Positions 18,188 through 27,192 of a stretch of DNA of 64,000 bases are shown here, piece after piece. The number at the start of each line of letters is the position of its first letter. The first letter of the stretch is position 1. The translations under genes and the position numbers were made by a program. The notes under the pieces are model-generated. The model saw nothing but the letters and a program-made list of their open reading frames with translations. It was not told the DNA's origin and did no database searches. Source of the DNA: an uncultured Actinomycetota bacterium (lineage in GTDB: Bacteria; Actinomycetota; Actinomycetes; JAFAQI01); assembly GCA_963770565.1 (NCBI GenBank), contig CAVYQE010000008.1, forward strand, positions 128,001 to 192,000, read 5' to 3'.

Positions 18188-19579
18188 CTACGACGCCTGG
18201 CTCACCGAGCTCATGTTGAACTCCGCGATCCGGAGCGCCGGCATCCGGGTGCGGGTGAAGTAGTCGCCGAACTCGCGGGCGAGGGTGTCTTCGCTCCGGC
18301 CGACCTCGGTTACCCGGCGCAGCATGCCGATCGGGCTCTCGTTGTACCTGAAGTTGTTGACCGCGCCGGTGACCTCGCCACCCTCGACCAGGAAGACGCC
18401 GTCCCGGGTCAGGCCAGTGAGCAGCAGTGTCTGCGGATCGACGACCCGGATGTACCACATGCAGGTCAGCAACAGGCCGCGGTCGGTGCGCGCGACCAGG
18501 TCGTCGATGCTCGCGCTCGACCCGTCAACGCCCAGCTCGAGGTTGTCGCCGAACGGCGTGAACGGGAGCCCGGTCACGTCGGCAGAGTGGCGAGTCTGGA
18601 TCAGCGCGTTCAACGCACCTTCGCGGATCCAGTCGGTCGACTCGATCGGGGCGCCGTTGTCGAAGGTCGACGACATCCGGCTCGACGCCGGACACACCAC
18701 GAACGGCACCGTCTCCTGGCCCGGCATCGCCGGGTCGGATCGCAGGGTCAACGGGACATCGGTCAGCCGCTCGCCGACCCGGGTGCCACCACCGGGCTTG
18801 GAGTAGACCGACTGGCCCTCGTCCGCATCGAGCGCGCTAGAGCTCCAGTACGCGTAGATCATCAGGTCGGCGACCGCACTCGGCGGCAGGATCGTCTCGT
18901 AGCGACCGGCGTCGAGCGCAACCTGCCGCTCGCTCCACGACAGCCGCTTCGCGACATCCGCCTCCAGTGCGGCCAGGTCGATCGCGCCCACGCTGCTCGC
19001 GCCCTGCCCGCTCCACGCCGACCGCGACCCGTCACTCGAGCGACCGGTCAGCTCGACCCTGACCTTCGGCTCCACATGACGAAGACGGAGTCCGGTGGAC
19101 GACCCCAGGTACGTCGTCGACACCGAGTGCTCGGCGTAGCCGTACCGGCCCTGGCCGGCGTCGCGCGCGGCGCCGAAGATCTCGCCGAGCCAGCCGGCCA
19201 GATCCGACAGCGCGGCGACCGGCGCTTCGACGCCAGGGGCGTCCCAGTCCACCGCGACGCCGCCGGTGATGAGGTCGGCGGCATCGTCGGCCAGCGTGGA
19301 GCCCTTTGCCGCGACCTCGGCTTCGGCGACCAGCGCGTCGACGCCGTCGGCGTCGTGGACGTTGCGGCTGACCGACGCCGACGTGACCCCGTCCGGGCCT
19401 TGGTTGCTGGCAATGACGGTGAGGCCGAGCATGCGGGTGACCCCGTTGGTGGTGAGGGTGTTGTTCGCCCACCGCAAGTTGGTCGTCGCGTCGTCGTTGG
19501 CGATCACGACGCAGCCGTCGGTGGTCGACGCGGCGAGCGCTCGGTCGACGAGCTGTTGGGGGCTGAGCGCGTTGCTCAC
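18188..19579 (-). CDS. TldE/PmbA-like metalloprotease partner
   Basis: NLRWANNTLTTNG, GRYETILPP.AVADL and TGLTRDG motifs. GTG 19579 overlaps the tldD stop. Confidence 0.88.
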   Translation of the reverse strand: MSNALSPQQLVDRALAASTTDGCVVIANDDATTNLRWANNTLTTNGVTRMLGLTVIASNQGPDGVTSASVSRNVHDADGVDALVAEAEVAAKGSTLADDAADLITGGVAVDWDAPGVEAPVAALSDLAGWLGEIFGAARDAGQGRYGYAEHSVSTTYLGSSTGLRLRHVEPKVRVELTGRSSDGSRSAWSGQGASSVGAIDLAALEADVAKRLSWSERQVALDAGRYETILPPSAVADLMIYAYWSSSALDADEGQSVYSKPGGGTRVGERLTDVPLTLRSDPAMPGQETVPFVVCPASSRMSSTFDNGAPIESTDWIREGALNALIQTRHSADVTGLPFTPFGDNLELGVDGSSASIDDLVARTDRGLLLTCMWYIRVVDPQTLLLTGLTRDGVFLVEGGEVTGAVNNFRYNESPIGMLRRVTEVGRSEDTLAREFGDYFTRTRMPALRIAEFNMSSVSQAS

Positions 19580-21081
19580 TGCGAGTTCTCCTGAGTTGCG
19601 TTGAGGATCCGGACCCCGTCGAAGCGGGCCGATGGGCATCCGTGGCTGACCGCGGCGACCTGGCCGGGCTGCCCCTTGCCGCAGTTGAAGGCGCCGCCGA
19701 GGACGTACGTCTGCGGTCCACCGACCGCCGACATCGAGCCCCAGAAGTCAGTGGTCGTCGCCTGGTAGGCGGCGTCGCGAACCTGCCCGGTGATCTCGCC
19801 GTTCCTGATCCGGTAGAAGCGCTGCCCGGTGAACTGGAAGTTGTAGCGCTGCATGTCGATCGACCAGGACTTGTCGCCGACCACGTAGAGGCCGTTCTCG
19901 ACCCCGCCGATCAGCTCGGCGGTCGTCGGCCCGCCGGCCACCGGCTGCAGGCTGACGTTCGCCATCCGCTGGATCGGCACGTGCAGCGGCGAGTCCGCGA
20001 AAGCACAGCCGTTCGAGCGATCCATCCCGGTCAACGCGGCGGTCCGGCGGTCGAGCTGGTAGCCGACCAGGATCCCGTCGCGGATCAGGTCCCAGGTCTG
20101 GGCCGCCACGCCCTCGTCGTCGTACCCGACCGTGGACAGCCCGTTGGTCACCTGCCGGTCGCCGGTCACGTGCATCAGGCCGCTTCCGTAGCGGAGCGAG
20201 CCGAGCTTGTCAGGCGTGGCGAAGGAGGTGCCGGCGTAGTTGGCCTCGTAGCCGAGCGCCCGGTCGAGCTCGGTGGCGTGCCCGATCGACTCGTGGATGG
20301 TGAGCCAGAGGTTCGACGGGTCGACGACCAGGTCGTAGCGGCCGGGCTCGACCGACGGCGACTGCGCCTTCTCAGCCAGCGCTTCCGGCAGCGAGGCGAG
20401 CTCGCTGCCCCAGTCATAGGTGTCGGTCAGGAACTCCCAGCCCTGCCCGACCGGCGGTGCCAGCGTGCGCATCGTCTCGAACTGGCCGGTGCTGTCGTCC
20501 ACCCACAGGGCGGAGAGCTGACACTGCAGCCGGACCCGCTGCTGGGTCGTGACCGTGCCGTTGAGATCGGCGAAGAACTTGTTTTCGCGGACCTGCCTGA
20601 TGTGCGCATCGACGTGCCGGACGATCTCGGCGTCGAGCAGCCGGTTGGACCAGTCGGCGAGCAGCGCGATCCGGTCCGGCTCGCTGACCGCGAACGGGTC
20701 GACCTCGTACGACGAGATCCAGGTCTGCTCGCCGTGACCCGGCTCGGGGGCCAGCTCGATCCGCTCGCCGGTCACCGGCTTAGAGACCACTGCGACCTCG
20801 ATCGCCTGGTCGACGAGGGCCCGCGCCGCCGCGGGGTCGAGCGCCAGCCCGCCCGCAAAGCCCCACGTCCCGTCATGCACGACGCGAACCGAGAGCCCCC
20901 GCTCGTCGTCGTCGTGACTGGTCTCGAGCCGGGCGTCGTGCAGCGCCAGGTCGCCGGTCCGGATCCGCTCGATCCGCACGTCGGCGTGTTCCACGCCGAG
21001 CTCCTGGGCCCGCTCGAGGGCGGCGTCGGCGATCGCGCGGAGCGGCAGTGCGGCGAACTCGGGGTCGATCTCGGGTGCCAT
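19576..21081 (-). CDS. tldD: TldD metalloprotease
   Basis: HESIGHATELDR (HExxxH), YDDEGV and CGKGQPGQ motifs. Confidence 0.92.
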   Translation of the reverse strand: MAPEIDPEFAALPLRAIADAALERAQELGVEHADVRIERIRTGDLALHDARLETSHDDDERGLSVRVVHDGTWGFAGGLALDPAAARALVDQAIEVAVVSKPVTGERIELAPEPGHGEQTWISSYEVDPFAVSEPDRIALLADWSNRLLDAEIVRHVDAHIRQVRENKFFADLNGTVTTQQRVRLQCQLSALWVDDSTGQFETMRTLAPPVGQGWEFLTDTYDWGSELASLPEALAEKAQSPSVEPGRYDLVVDPSNLWLTIHESIGHATELDRALGYEANYAGTSFATPDKLGSLRYGSGLMHVTGDRQVTNGLSTVGYDDEGVAAQTWDLIRDGILVGYQLDRRTAALTGMDRSNGCAFADSPLHVPIQRMANVSLQPVAGGPTTAELIGGVENGLYVVGDKSWSIDMQRYNFQFTGQRFYRIRNGEITGQVRDAAYQATTTDFWGSMSAVGGPQTYVLGGAFNCGKGQPGQVAAVSHGCPSARFDGVRILNATQENSQ

Positions 21082-21090
21082 TGCGGCGCG

Positions 21091-22044
21091 TCAGCTCCTT
21101 GGGTCGAGGACGAGCTTGCCGGTGCTGTTGCGGGCCCGCAGGTCCTCGTGGGCGCGGCGGGCGTCGCCGAGCGGGTAGGTGGCGCCGACGATCGGCTTCA
21201 GCCGACCGTCCGCGACCAGCCCGAGCAGCTCGGCCATCGGCTCCTTCACCATGCCCGGCTTGCCGAGGCAGTGAACCAGCCAGAAGCCGATCACCGCCCG
21301 GCTCCGTTGCAGCAGGGCGCCCGGCTCGATCGGCGTCGGCGGAGTCCGGCCGGCCATCCCGAAGGTGACGAGCCGCCCGAACGGTGCGAGCGCGGCCAGG
21401 CTTGCGTCGAAGGTCGGGCCGCCGACCATCTCAAGGACGATGTCGACCGGCGCGCCGCCGTTGGCGTCCTTCAGCGCCGCCTTGAGATCCGCCTCGCCGC
21501 CATCGACGGTGGCGTCCGCGCCGAGGCTGGCGGCCAGCTCGCGCTTGTCCGGTGACGAGGCGACGCCGATCACCCGGCCGGCTCCCCAGAGCTTGGCCAG
21601 TTGGATTGCCAGCGTGCCGACGCCACCGGCCGCGGCGTGTACGACGACACTCTCGCCCGGAGCGAGGTGGCTGCAGGTGCGCAACAGGTGCCAGGCCGAC
21701 AGTCCTTGCACCATCAGGGCGAGGGCCTGCCCGTCGCTCACGGCGTCCGGCAGATCGAAGGTGAGATCCGGGTAGGCGAGCGCCTTTTCGGCGTACCCGC
21801 CGGTGCCGACCAGCGACGAGACCCGCCTGCCGTCAGAGGTCACGCCGACGACCTCGCTGCCCGGGATCATTGGAAGCTGCGTGTCCGACAGGTAGCTGTT
21901 CTCGATCTGATGGGTGTCCGCGTAGTTGACGCCCGCCGCGGTGACCTCGACCAGGTCGAAACCCTCGGTCGGGGCCGGGTCGGGCACCTCTTCGAGGCGT
22001 AGGACCTCGGGCCCGCCGAACTCGGTGATTCGAATCGCGCGCAT
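21091..22044 (-). CDS. NADPH:quinone oxidoreductase (MDR family)
   Basis: FGGPEVL, AAAGGVG and GKLVL motifs. Leaderless start (TAGGGT + 6 nt + ATG). Confidence 0.92.
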   Translation of the reverse strand: MRAIRITEFGGPEVLRLEEVPDPAPTEGFDLVEVTAAGVNYADTHQIENSYLSDTQLPMIPGSEVVGVTSDGRRVSSLVGTGGYAEKALAYPDLTFDLPDAVSDGQALALMVQGLSAWHLLRTCSHLAPGESVVVHAAAGGVGTLAIQLAKLWGAGRVIGVASSPDKRELAASLGADATVDGGEADLKAALKDANGGAPVDIVLEMVGGPTFDASLAALAPFGRLVTFGMAGRTPPTPIEPGALLQRSRAVIGFWLVHCLGKPGMVKEPMAELLGLVADGRLKPIVGATYPLGDARRAHEDLRARNSTGKLVLDPRS

Positions 22045-22086
22045 GTCGCGACCCTATCCGCCGGTAAGGCGGCCAGCGATCGCTCG

Positions 22087-22518
22087 CTACCTCATCCGGA
22101 ACGGTTGGGGCGGTGGCTTGAGGTCGGCGCGCGGGCAGGTCGCCAGCGACAGCCCACCGAACGCGAGCGCCTCGTCGCACAAGGCGGTGATGGTCAGGCC
22201 GTGCTCGACACCTGTTCGGGTGATCGTCGCTCGGAAGACGGTGATGTCGAACCGGGTCGGGACGCCGTACGCGATCTGCATCGTGCCCATCAGCCGGGAG
22301 GTGCCGGGACCGCCGTCCAAGCCGTCCCACGGCTTGTCGTAGTGCCGCCAGGTGGTCGGCTCCGACCACCACTCGCCGCCGATCCGGACGTCATGAAGGG
22401 CGAGCTCGACGAGCACGTGGCGCGCCGACCGCTCGGGGATGATCGCGGCCGGTCGGATCACTTCAGTGACGTCGCCGTCGTCGTAGGCCTGGGTGAGCAG
22501 GCTCTCGGTGAGATCCAC
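22087..22518 (-). CDS. Hypothetical protein
   Basis: GAGG RBS before GTG 22518 and GC-typical codon usage; no family recognised. Confidence 0.7.
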   Translation of the reverse strand: MDLTESLLTQAYDDGDVTEVIRPAAIIPERSARHVLVELALHDVRIGGEWWSEPTTWRHYDKPWDGLDGGPGTSRLMGTMQIAYGVPTRFDITVFRATITRTGVEHGLTITALCDEALAFGGLSLATCPRADLKPPPQPFRMR

Positions 22519-22668
22519 GAAGTCCTCTTCGCTGTCGGTCCATCGCCGGGTTCGTCCTGTCCGCGTGAGGATCGACCGGGTCCGCTCCCGGCTGCATGGG
22601 TCATTGGTCTGGAGAAATCGGGGCATACCGACCGGCCAAGGGGTGGGCAGAGCACCTATTCTCGATCC

Positions 22669-22971
22669 GTGGCTGACTTCGACACCGCTCCCACCGAGAC
22701 CGGCGCTGGCACTGGCACGCTCACCGACACCCGGATCGACCCGCGGCTGTCCAACGACGGCGATCACGAGCGGTTCGCTCATTACGCCGACCGCGACAAG
22801 GTCACCGAGGCGATGGTGACCGGCGTACCGGTCGTGGCGCTGTGCGGGAAGGTCTGGGTGCCCAGCCGCGACCCGTCGCGATTCCCGGTCTGCCCGGAGT
22901 GCAAGCGGCTGTACGAGCTCGGCCCCGAGGGCCGGATGAACGAGTGGCGGGAGCGCGCGAACCAGTCCTGA
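22669..22971 (+). CDS. DUF3039 domain protein
   Basis: GDHERFAHY...AMVTG.PVVALCGKVWVPSRDP.RFPVCPECK. Leaderless start (TATTCT + 6 nt + GTG). Confidence 0.92.
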   Translation: MADFDTAPTETGAGTGTLTDTRIDPRLSNDGDHERFAHYADRDKVTEAMVTGVPVVALCGKVWVPSRDPSRFPVCPECKRLYELGPEGRMNEWRERANQS

Positions 22972-23024
22972 GCGCGGCCTTCGCGGTCACTGACAAGCAT
23001 TCGGAGCGGGCGCATACTTGACCC

Positions 23025-23789
23025 ATGGCTGTTGAGAAGTGGTTCCCCCCGCTCCCGGTGTTCGACTCGCTCGAGGACGAGCGGCGACACCGCAAGGAGC
23101 GGCTCGCGGCGGGCTTCAGGTTGTTCGCCAAGTTCGGTTTCGAGGAGGGTGTCGCCGGCCATATCACCGCGCGTGACCCGATCGAGCCGGACACCTTCTG
23201 GGTCAATCCGTTCGGCGTGCCGTTCGCGCACGTGAACGTGAGCTCGCTGATCCGGGTCAACCACTCCGGCGAGGTCGTCGAGGGCAACTTCCACGTCAAC
23301 GAGGCGGCGTTCTGCATCCACTCGCAGGTCCATCAGGCCCGGCCGGACGTGACCGCCGCGGCGCACAGCCACTCGATCCACGGCCGCGCGCTTTCGACCC
23401 TCGGTACGACGCTCGAGCCGATCACGCAGGACGTCTGCGCGTTCTATGACGATCACTCGCTGTTCGACGACTACACCGGCGTCGTGACCGACATCGAAGA
23501 GGGCAAGCGGATCGCCGTCTCGCTCGGTGAGAACAAGGCGGTCATCCTGCGCAACCACGGGCTGTTGACGGTCGGCGAGACGGTCGACTCCGCGGTCTTC
23601 TGGTTCATCTCGCTGGAACGATGCTGTCAGGTCCAGCTGCTGGCGAAGGCGGCCGGCGAGGTGGTCCACATCGATCCCGAACAAGCGCAGCAGACGCACG
23701 ACTACGTCGGTAGCGAGTTCGCCGGGTGGTTCTCGTTCCAGCCGTTGTGGGCGAAGATCACCCGCGAGCAGCCGGACCTCTTCGACTGA
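23025..23789 (+). CDS. Class II aldolase/adducin family protein
   Basis: EGVAGHITARDP, IHSQVH, AAHSHS and ILRNHGLLTVG motifs. Confidence 0.92.
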   Translation: MAVEKWFPPLPVFDSLEDERRHRKERLAAGFRLFAKFGFEEGVAGHITARDPIEPDTFWVNPFGVPFAHVNVSSLIRVNHSGEVVEGNFHVNEAAFCIHSQVHQARPDVTAAAHSHSIHGRALSTLGTTLEPITQDVCAFYDDHSLFDDYTGVVTDIEEGKRIAVSLGENKAVILRNHGLLTVGETVDSAVFWFISLERCCQVQLLAKAAGEVVHIDPEQAQQTHDYVGSEFAGWFSFQPLWAKITREQPDLFD

Positions 23790-23810
23790 CCGACGCACCT
23801 CCGCTGCGCC

Positions 23811-24623
23811 GTGGGACCCGTCATCGAGATCGATGACCCCGCCGACCCCCGGCTGTCGGACTACCGCTCGTTGACCGACGTCGCGTTGCGGACGAAGATC
23901 GAGCCGCCGAACGGGTTGTTCATCGCCGAGGGGGCCTTGGTCATCGAGCGCGCAGTCGATGCTGGATACCGGTTGCGCTCGGCGCTGATGTCGCCGCAAT
24001 GGCTCGATCGCACCGCGGAGGCCCTCGAGGGCGCGGATGCTCCGGTCTACCTGGGTTCGGACGCGCTGCTACGGACGGTCACCGGCTTCCACGTCCATCG
24101 GGGCGCGCTGGCCTCGGTGCATCGCCAACCGGTCGGCGAGCTGTCCGACCTGCTCGAACGGGCTCGCCGGCTGGTCGTGATCGAGGACATCGTCAGCCAC
24201 ACAAACCTGGGCGCGATCTTTCGGGCCGCGGCAGCGCTCGGGATGGACGGCGTTGTGCTCTCGCCGCAGTGCGCCGACCCGCTCTACCGCCGATCGGTGC
24301 GGGTGTCGATGGGCGCGGTCTTCGCGGTCCCGTATGTCCGGGCCGCGCCGTGGCCGGGCGTGCTCGAGGAGTTGCGGGCGAGCGGCTTTCGGGTCCTTGC
24401 GTTGACGCCGGCGCCCGACGCGACCGCGCTCGCTTCAGGCCCGGTCGACGGGACCGCCAAGATCGCGGTGTTGCTCGGCACCGAGGGAGCCGGCCTCAGC
24501 ACCCGGGCCGCGGACCTCGCCGATGAGCGGATCCGGATCCCGATGATGGGCGGCATCGACTCGCTCAACGTCGCCGCGGCGGCCGCGATCGCGTTCTGGT
24601 CGTTCGGCGACCGAAGTGGGTAG
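23811..24623 (+). CDS. TrmH/SpoU family RNA methyltransferase
   Basis: NLGAIFR.AAALG, DPLYRRSVRVSMG, LGTEG.GLS and RIPM..GIDSLNV motifs. Confidence 0.92.
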   Translation: MGPVIEIDDPADPRLSDYRSLTDVALRTKIEPPNGLFIAEGALVIERAVDAGYRLRSALMSPQWLDRTAEALEGADAPVYLGSDALLRTVTGFHVHRGALASVHRQPVGELSDLLERARRLVVIEDIVSHTNLGAIFRAAAALGMDGVVLSPQCADPLYRRSVRVSMGAVFAVPYVRAAPWPGVLEELRASGFRVLALTPAPDATALASGPVDGTAKIAVLLGTEGAGLSTRAADLADERIRIPMMGGIDSLNVAAAAAIAFWSFGDRSG

Positions 24624-24629
24624 AACGGA

Positions 24630-25506
24630 GTGATGACGTCCACGACCATCGAGCCGCCGATCAACTCCGCCGGGACCTTTGCGATCGGTGGCGACCTGAC
24701 CGTCCATCGGCTCGGATTCGGGGCGATGCAGATCACCGGGCCGGGCGTGTGGGGCGACCCGTCGGACCCCGACGAGTGCATCCGGGTGCTTCGGCGCGCG
24801 GTCGAGCTCGGCGTTGACCTGATCGATACCGCCGACGCGTACGGCCCGTTCGTCTCCGAGGACCTGATCCGGACCGCGCTGCATCCGTACCCCGCCGGGC
24901 TGGTCATCGCGACCAAGGGTGGGTTCACCCGTGGCGGTCCGGCCGACTGGCGGCCGGTCGGGCGGCCGGCGTACCTCCGCCAGTGCGTGGAGATGTCGCT
25001 GCGCCGGCTCGGGCTGGAGCGGATCGACCTGTACCAGCTGCATCGCGTCGATCCGGACACGCCGCTCGAGGACTCGCTCGGCGAGCTGGCCACGATGCAG
25101 GACGAGGGCAAGATCCACCACATCGGGCTGTCCGAGGTCGAGGTCGACGTGATCGCGAAGGCGCGCGAGATCGTCGACATCGTCAGCGTGCAGAACCTTT
25201 ACAACCTCGGCAACCGGGCGCACGACGACGTGCTCGACTACTGCGAAGCCGCCGGGCTCGGCTTCATCCCGTGGTTCCCGCTGGCGACCGGCCAGCTGGC
25301 TCGCGACGGCGGTCCGCTCGGCGGCGTTGCGGAGCGGCAGAACAGCACCGCCTCACAGCTCGCTCTGGCCTGGCTGCTTCGACGGTCGCCGGTCATGCTG
25401 CCGATCCCCGGCACCTCCTCGGTCCCGCATGTCGAAGAGAACTGTGCGGCGGCTCGGATCGAGCTGACGGATGAGGAGTACGCCGAACTGTTCCGACGCG
25501 ATGTGA
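24630..25506 (+). CDS. Aldo/keto reductase; the in-frame stop is missing as sequenced, so it reads through into the next gene
   Basis: RLGFGAM, IDTADAYG, IATKGG, IDLYQLHR and PIPGT motifs. Deleting one base at about 25491-25494 would give ...ELFDAM* ending at TGA 25504-25506. Confidence 0.85.
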
Positions 25507-25532
25507 CCCGCTCGGCGGTTAGGCTCGCTCGC

Positions 25533-27131
25533 GTGCCGGTGTTGCCTGATCGGGTGGACCGCGACGCCCCGGACCAAGCAGCCCGGCGCGAGTCGCTGCT
25601 CGAACTGCTGGCCGAGCACGCCCGGCAACTGGAGCTGGCGAACCTCGGCGGTGGCGAGCGTTATATCGAGCGGCACCGGGCCCGCGGCAAGCTGCTCGCG
25701 CGCGAGCGGGTGGAGCTCCTGCTCGACGCCGACTCGCCGTTTCTCGAGCTCTCGCCGCTGGCCGGATGGGGCACGCCGTACACGGTCGGTGCCAGTTTGG
25801 TGACCGGCATCGGGGTCGTCGAGGGCACCGAGGTGATGATCGTCGCCAACGACCCGACCGTGCGCGGCGGAGCGGTGAACCCGTTCACCGCGCGCCGGCA
25901 GCGGCGGGCGATGCAGATCGCGGACGAGAACCGGCTGCCGCTGGTGAACCTGGTCGAGTCCGGCGGGGCCGACCTGCCGACTCAGAGCGAGATCTTCATC
26001 CCGGGCGGCGCCGGGTTCCGGGACCTGACCCGCAAGTCCGCGGCGGGGATCCCGACGATCGCGCTGGTGTTCGGCAACTCGACTGCGGGCGGCGCCTACG
26101 TGCCGGGCATGAGCGACTACGTCGTGATGGTCGAGGGCCGCGCGAAGGTGTTCCTCGGCGGGCCGCCACTGGTCAAGATGGCGACCGGGGAGGTCTCCGA
26201 CGACGAGGAGCTCGGCGGCGCGGCGATGCACGCGCGTACCAGCGGGCTGGCCGACTACCTCGCGGTCGACGAGGTCGACGCGATCCGACTCGGCCGGCAG
26301 ATCGTCCGGCGGCTCAACCGGCGCAAGCTCGGGCCGGCGCCGGCGGCGTCGTACGCGGAGCCACGCTATGCCGCCGACGACCTGCTCGGCATCGTGCCGA
26401 CCGACCTGCGCGAGCCGTTCGACCCACGCGACGTGCTCGCGCGGATCCTCGACGGCAGCGAGTTCGACGAGTTCAAGCCGCTCTACGGTTCGTCGCTGGT
26501 CACCGGTTTCGGTCAGCTGCACGGCTATCCGATCGGCGTGCTCGCGAATGCGCGCGGGGTGTTGTTCGCCGAGGAGAGCGAGAAGGCGGCGCAGTTCATC
26601 CAGCTCGCCAACCAGTCGGACACGCCACTGTTGTTCATGCAGAACACCACCGGCTACATGGTCGGCAAGGACTACGAGCAGCGCGGCATCATCAAGGCCG
26701 GCGCGCAGATGATCAACGCGGTCTCCAATAGCGACGTCCCGCACCTGACCGTGACGACGGGCGCGTCGTACGGCGCCGGCAACTACGGCATGTGCGGTCG
26801 CGCCTACGACCCGCGGTTCCTGTTCACCTGGCCGAACGCCAAGTCGGCGGTGATGGGACCCGCGCAGCTCGCCGGAGTCCTGTCGATCGTGGCCCGCGCA
26901 TCCGCGGAGGCAAAGGGCGAGGCGTACGACGAGGAAGCCGATCGAGCGATGCGGGAACTGGTCGAGACCCAGATCGAGGCGGAGTCGAAGGCGTTGTTCC
27001 TGACCGCGCGGGTGTATGACGACGGCATCATCGATCCGCGCGATACCAGGACTGTGCTCGGCTTCGCGCTCTCGGTGGTGCACAACCAGCCCGTGCAGGG
27101 ACGCCGCGGCTTCGGCGTCTTCAGAATGTGA
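25533..27131 (+). CDS. Acyl-CoA carboxylase carboxyltransferase (beta) subunit
   Basis: RGKLLARER, ESGGADL, GGAYVP and GASYGAGNYGMCGRAYDPRFLFTWPNAKSAVMG. It has its own candidate start: TAGGCT + 7 nt + GTG 25533. Confidence 0.92.
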   Translation: MPVLPDRVDRDAPDQAARRESLLELLAEHARQLELANLGGGERYIERHRARGKLLARERVELLLDADSPFLELSPLAGWGTPYTVGASLVTGIGVVEGTEVMIVANDPTVRGGAVNPFTARRQRRAMQIADENRLPLVNLVESGGADLPTQSEIFIPGGAGFRDLTRKSAAGIPTIALVFGNSTAGGAYVPGMSDYVVMVEGRAKVFLGGPPLVKMATGEVSDDEELGGAAMHARTSGLADYLAVDEVDAIRLGRQIVRRLNRRKLGPAPAASYAEPRYAADDLLGIVPTDLREPFDPRDVLARILDGSEFDEFKPLYGSSLVTGFGQLHGYPIGVLANARGVLFAEESEKAAQFIQLANQSDTPLLFMQNTTGYMVGKDYEQRGIIKAGAQMINAVSNSDVPHLTVTTGASYGAGNYGMCGRAYDPRFLFTWPNAKSAVMGPAQLAGVLSIVARASAEAKGEAYDEEADRAMRELVETQIEAESKALFLTARVYDDGIIDPRDTRTVLGFALSVVHNQPVQGRRGFGVFRM

Positions 27132-27134
27132 ATA

Positions 27135-27174
27135 CCCCACGACGTCGCTCGCTGCGCTCACGACGCCGCGGGGG
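27135..27174. repeat. Intergenic REP-like imperfect hairpin
   Basis: CCCCACGACGTCG ... CGACGCCGCGGGG between two co-directional carboxylase genes. Confidence 0.5.
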
Positions 27175-27192
27175 CCCCAAAGGAGCGAACCC

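Noticed and set aside
17896-21081. tldDE plus a small ORF as a RiPP cluster
   Set aside because: No YcaO, radical SAM or lanthipeptide enzymes are nearby. The 82-aa ORF has its own leaderless start and no precursor-like core.
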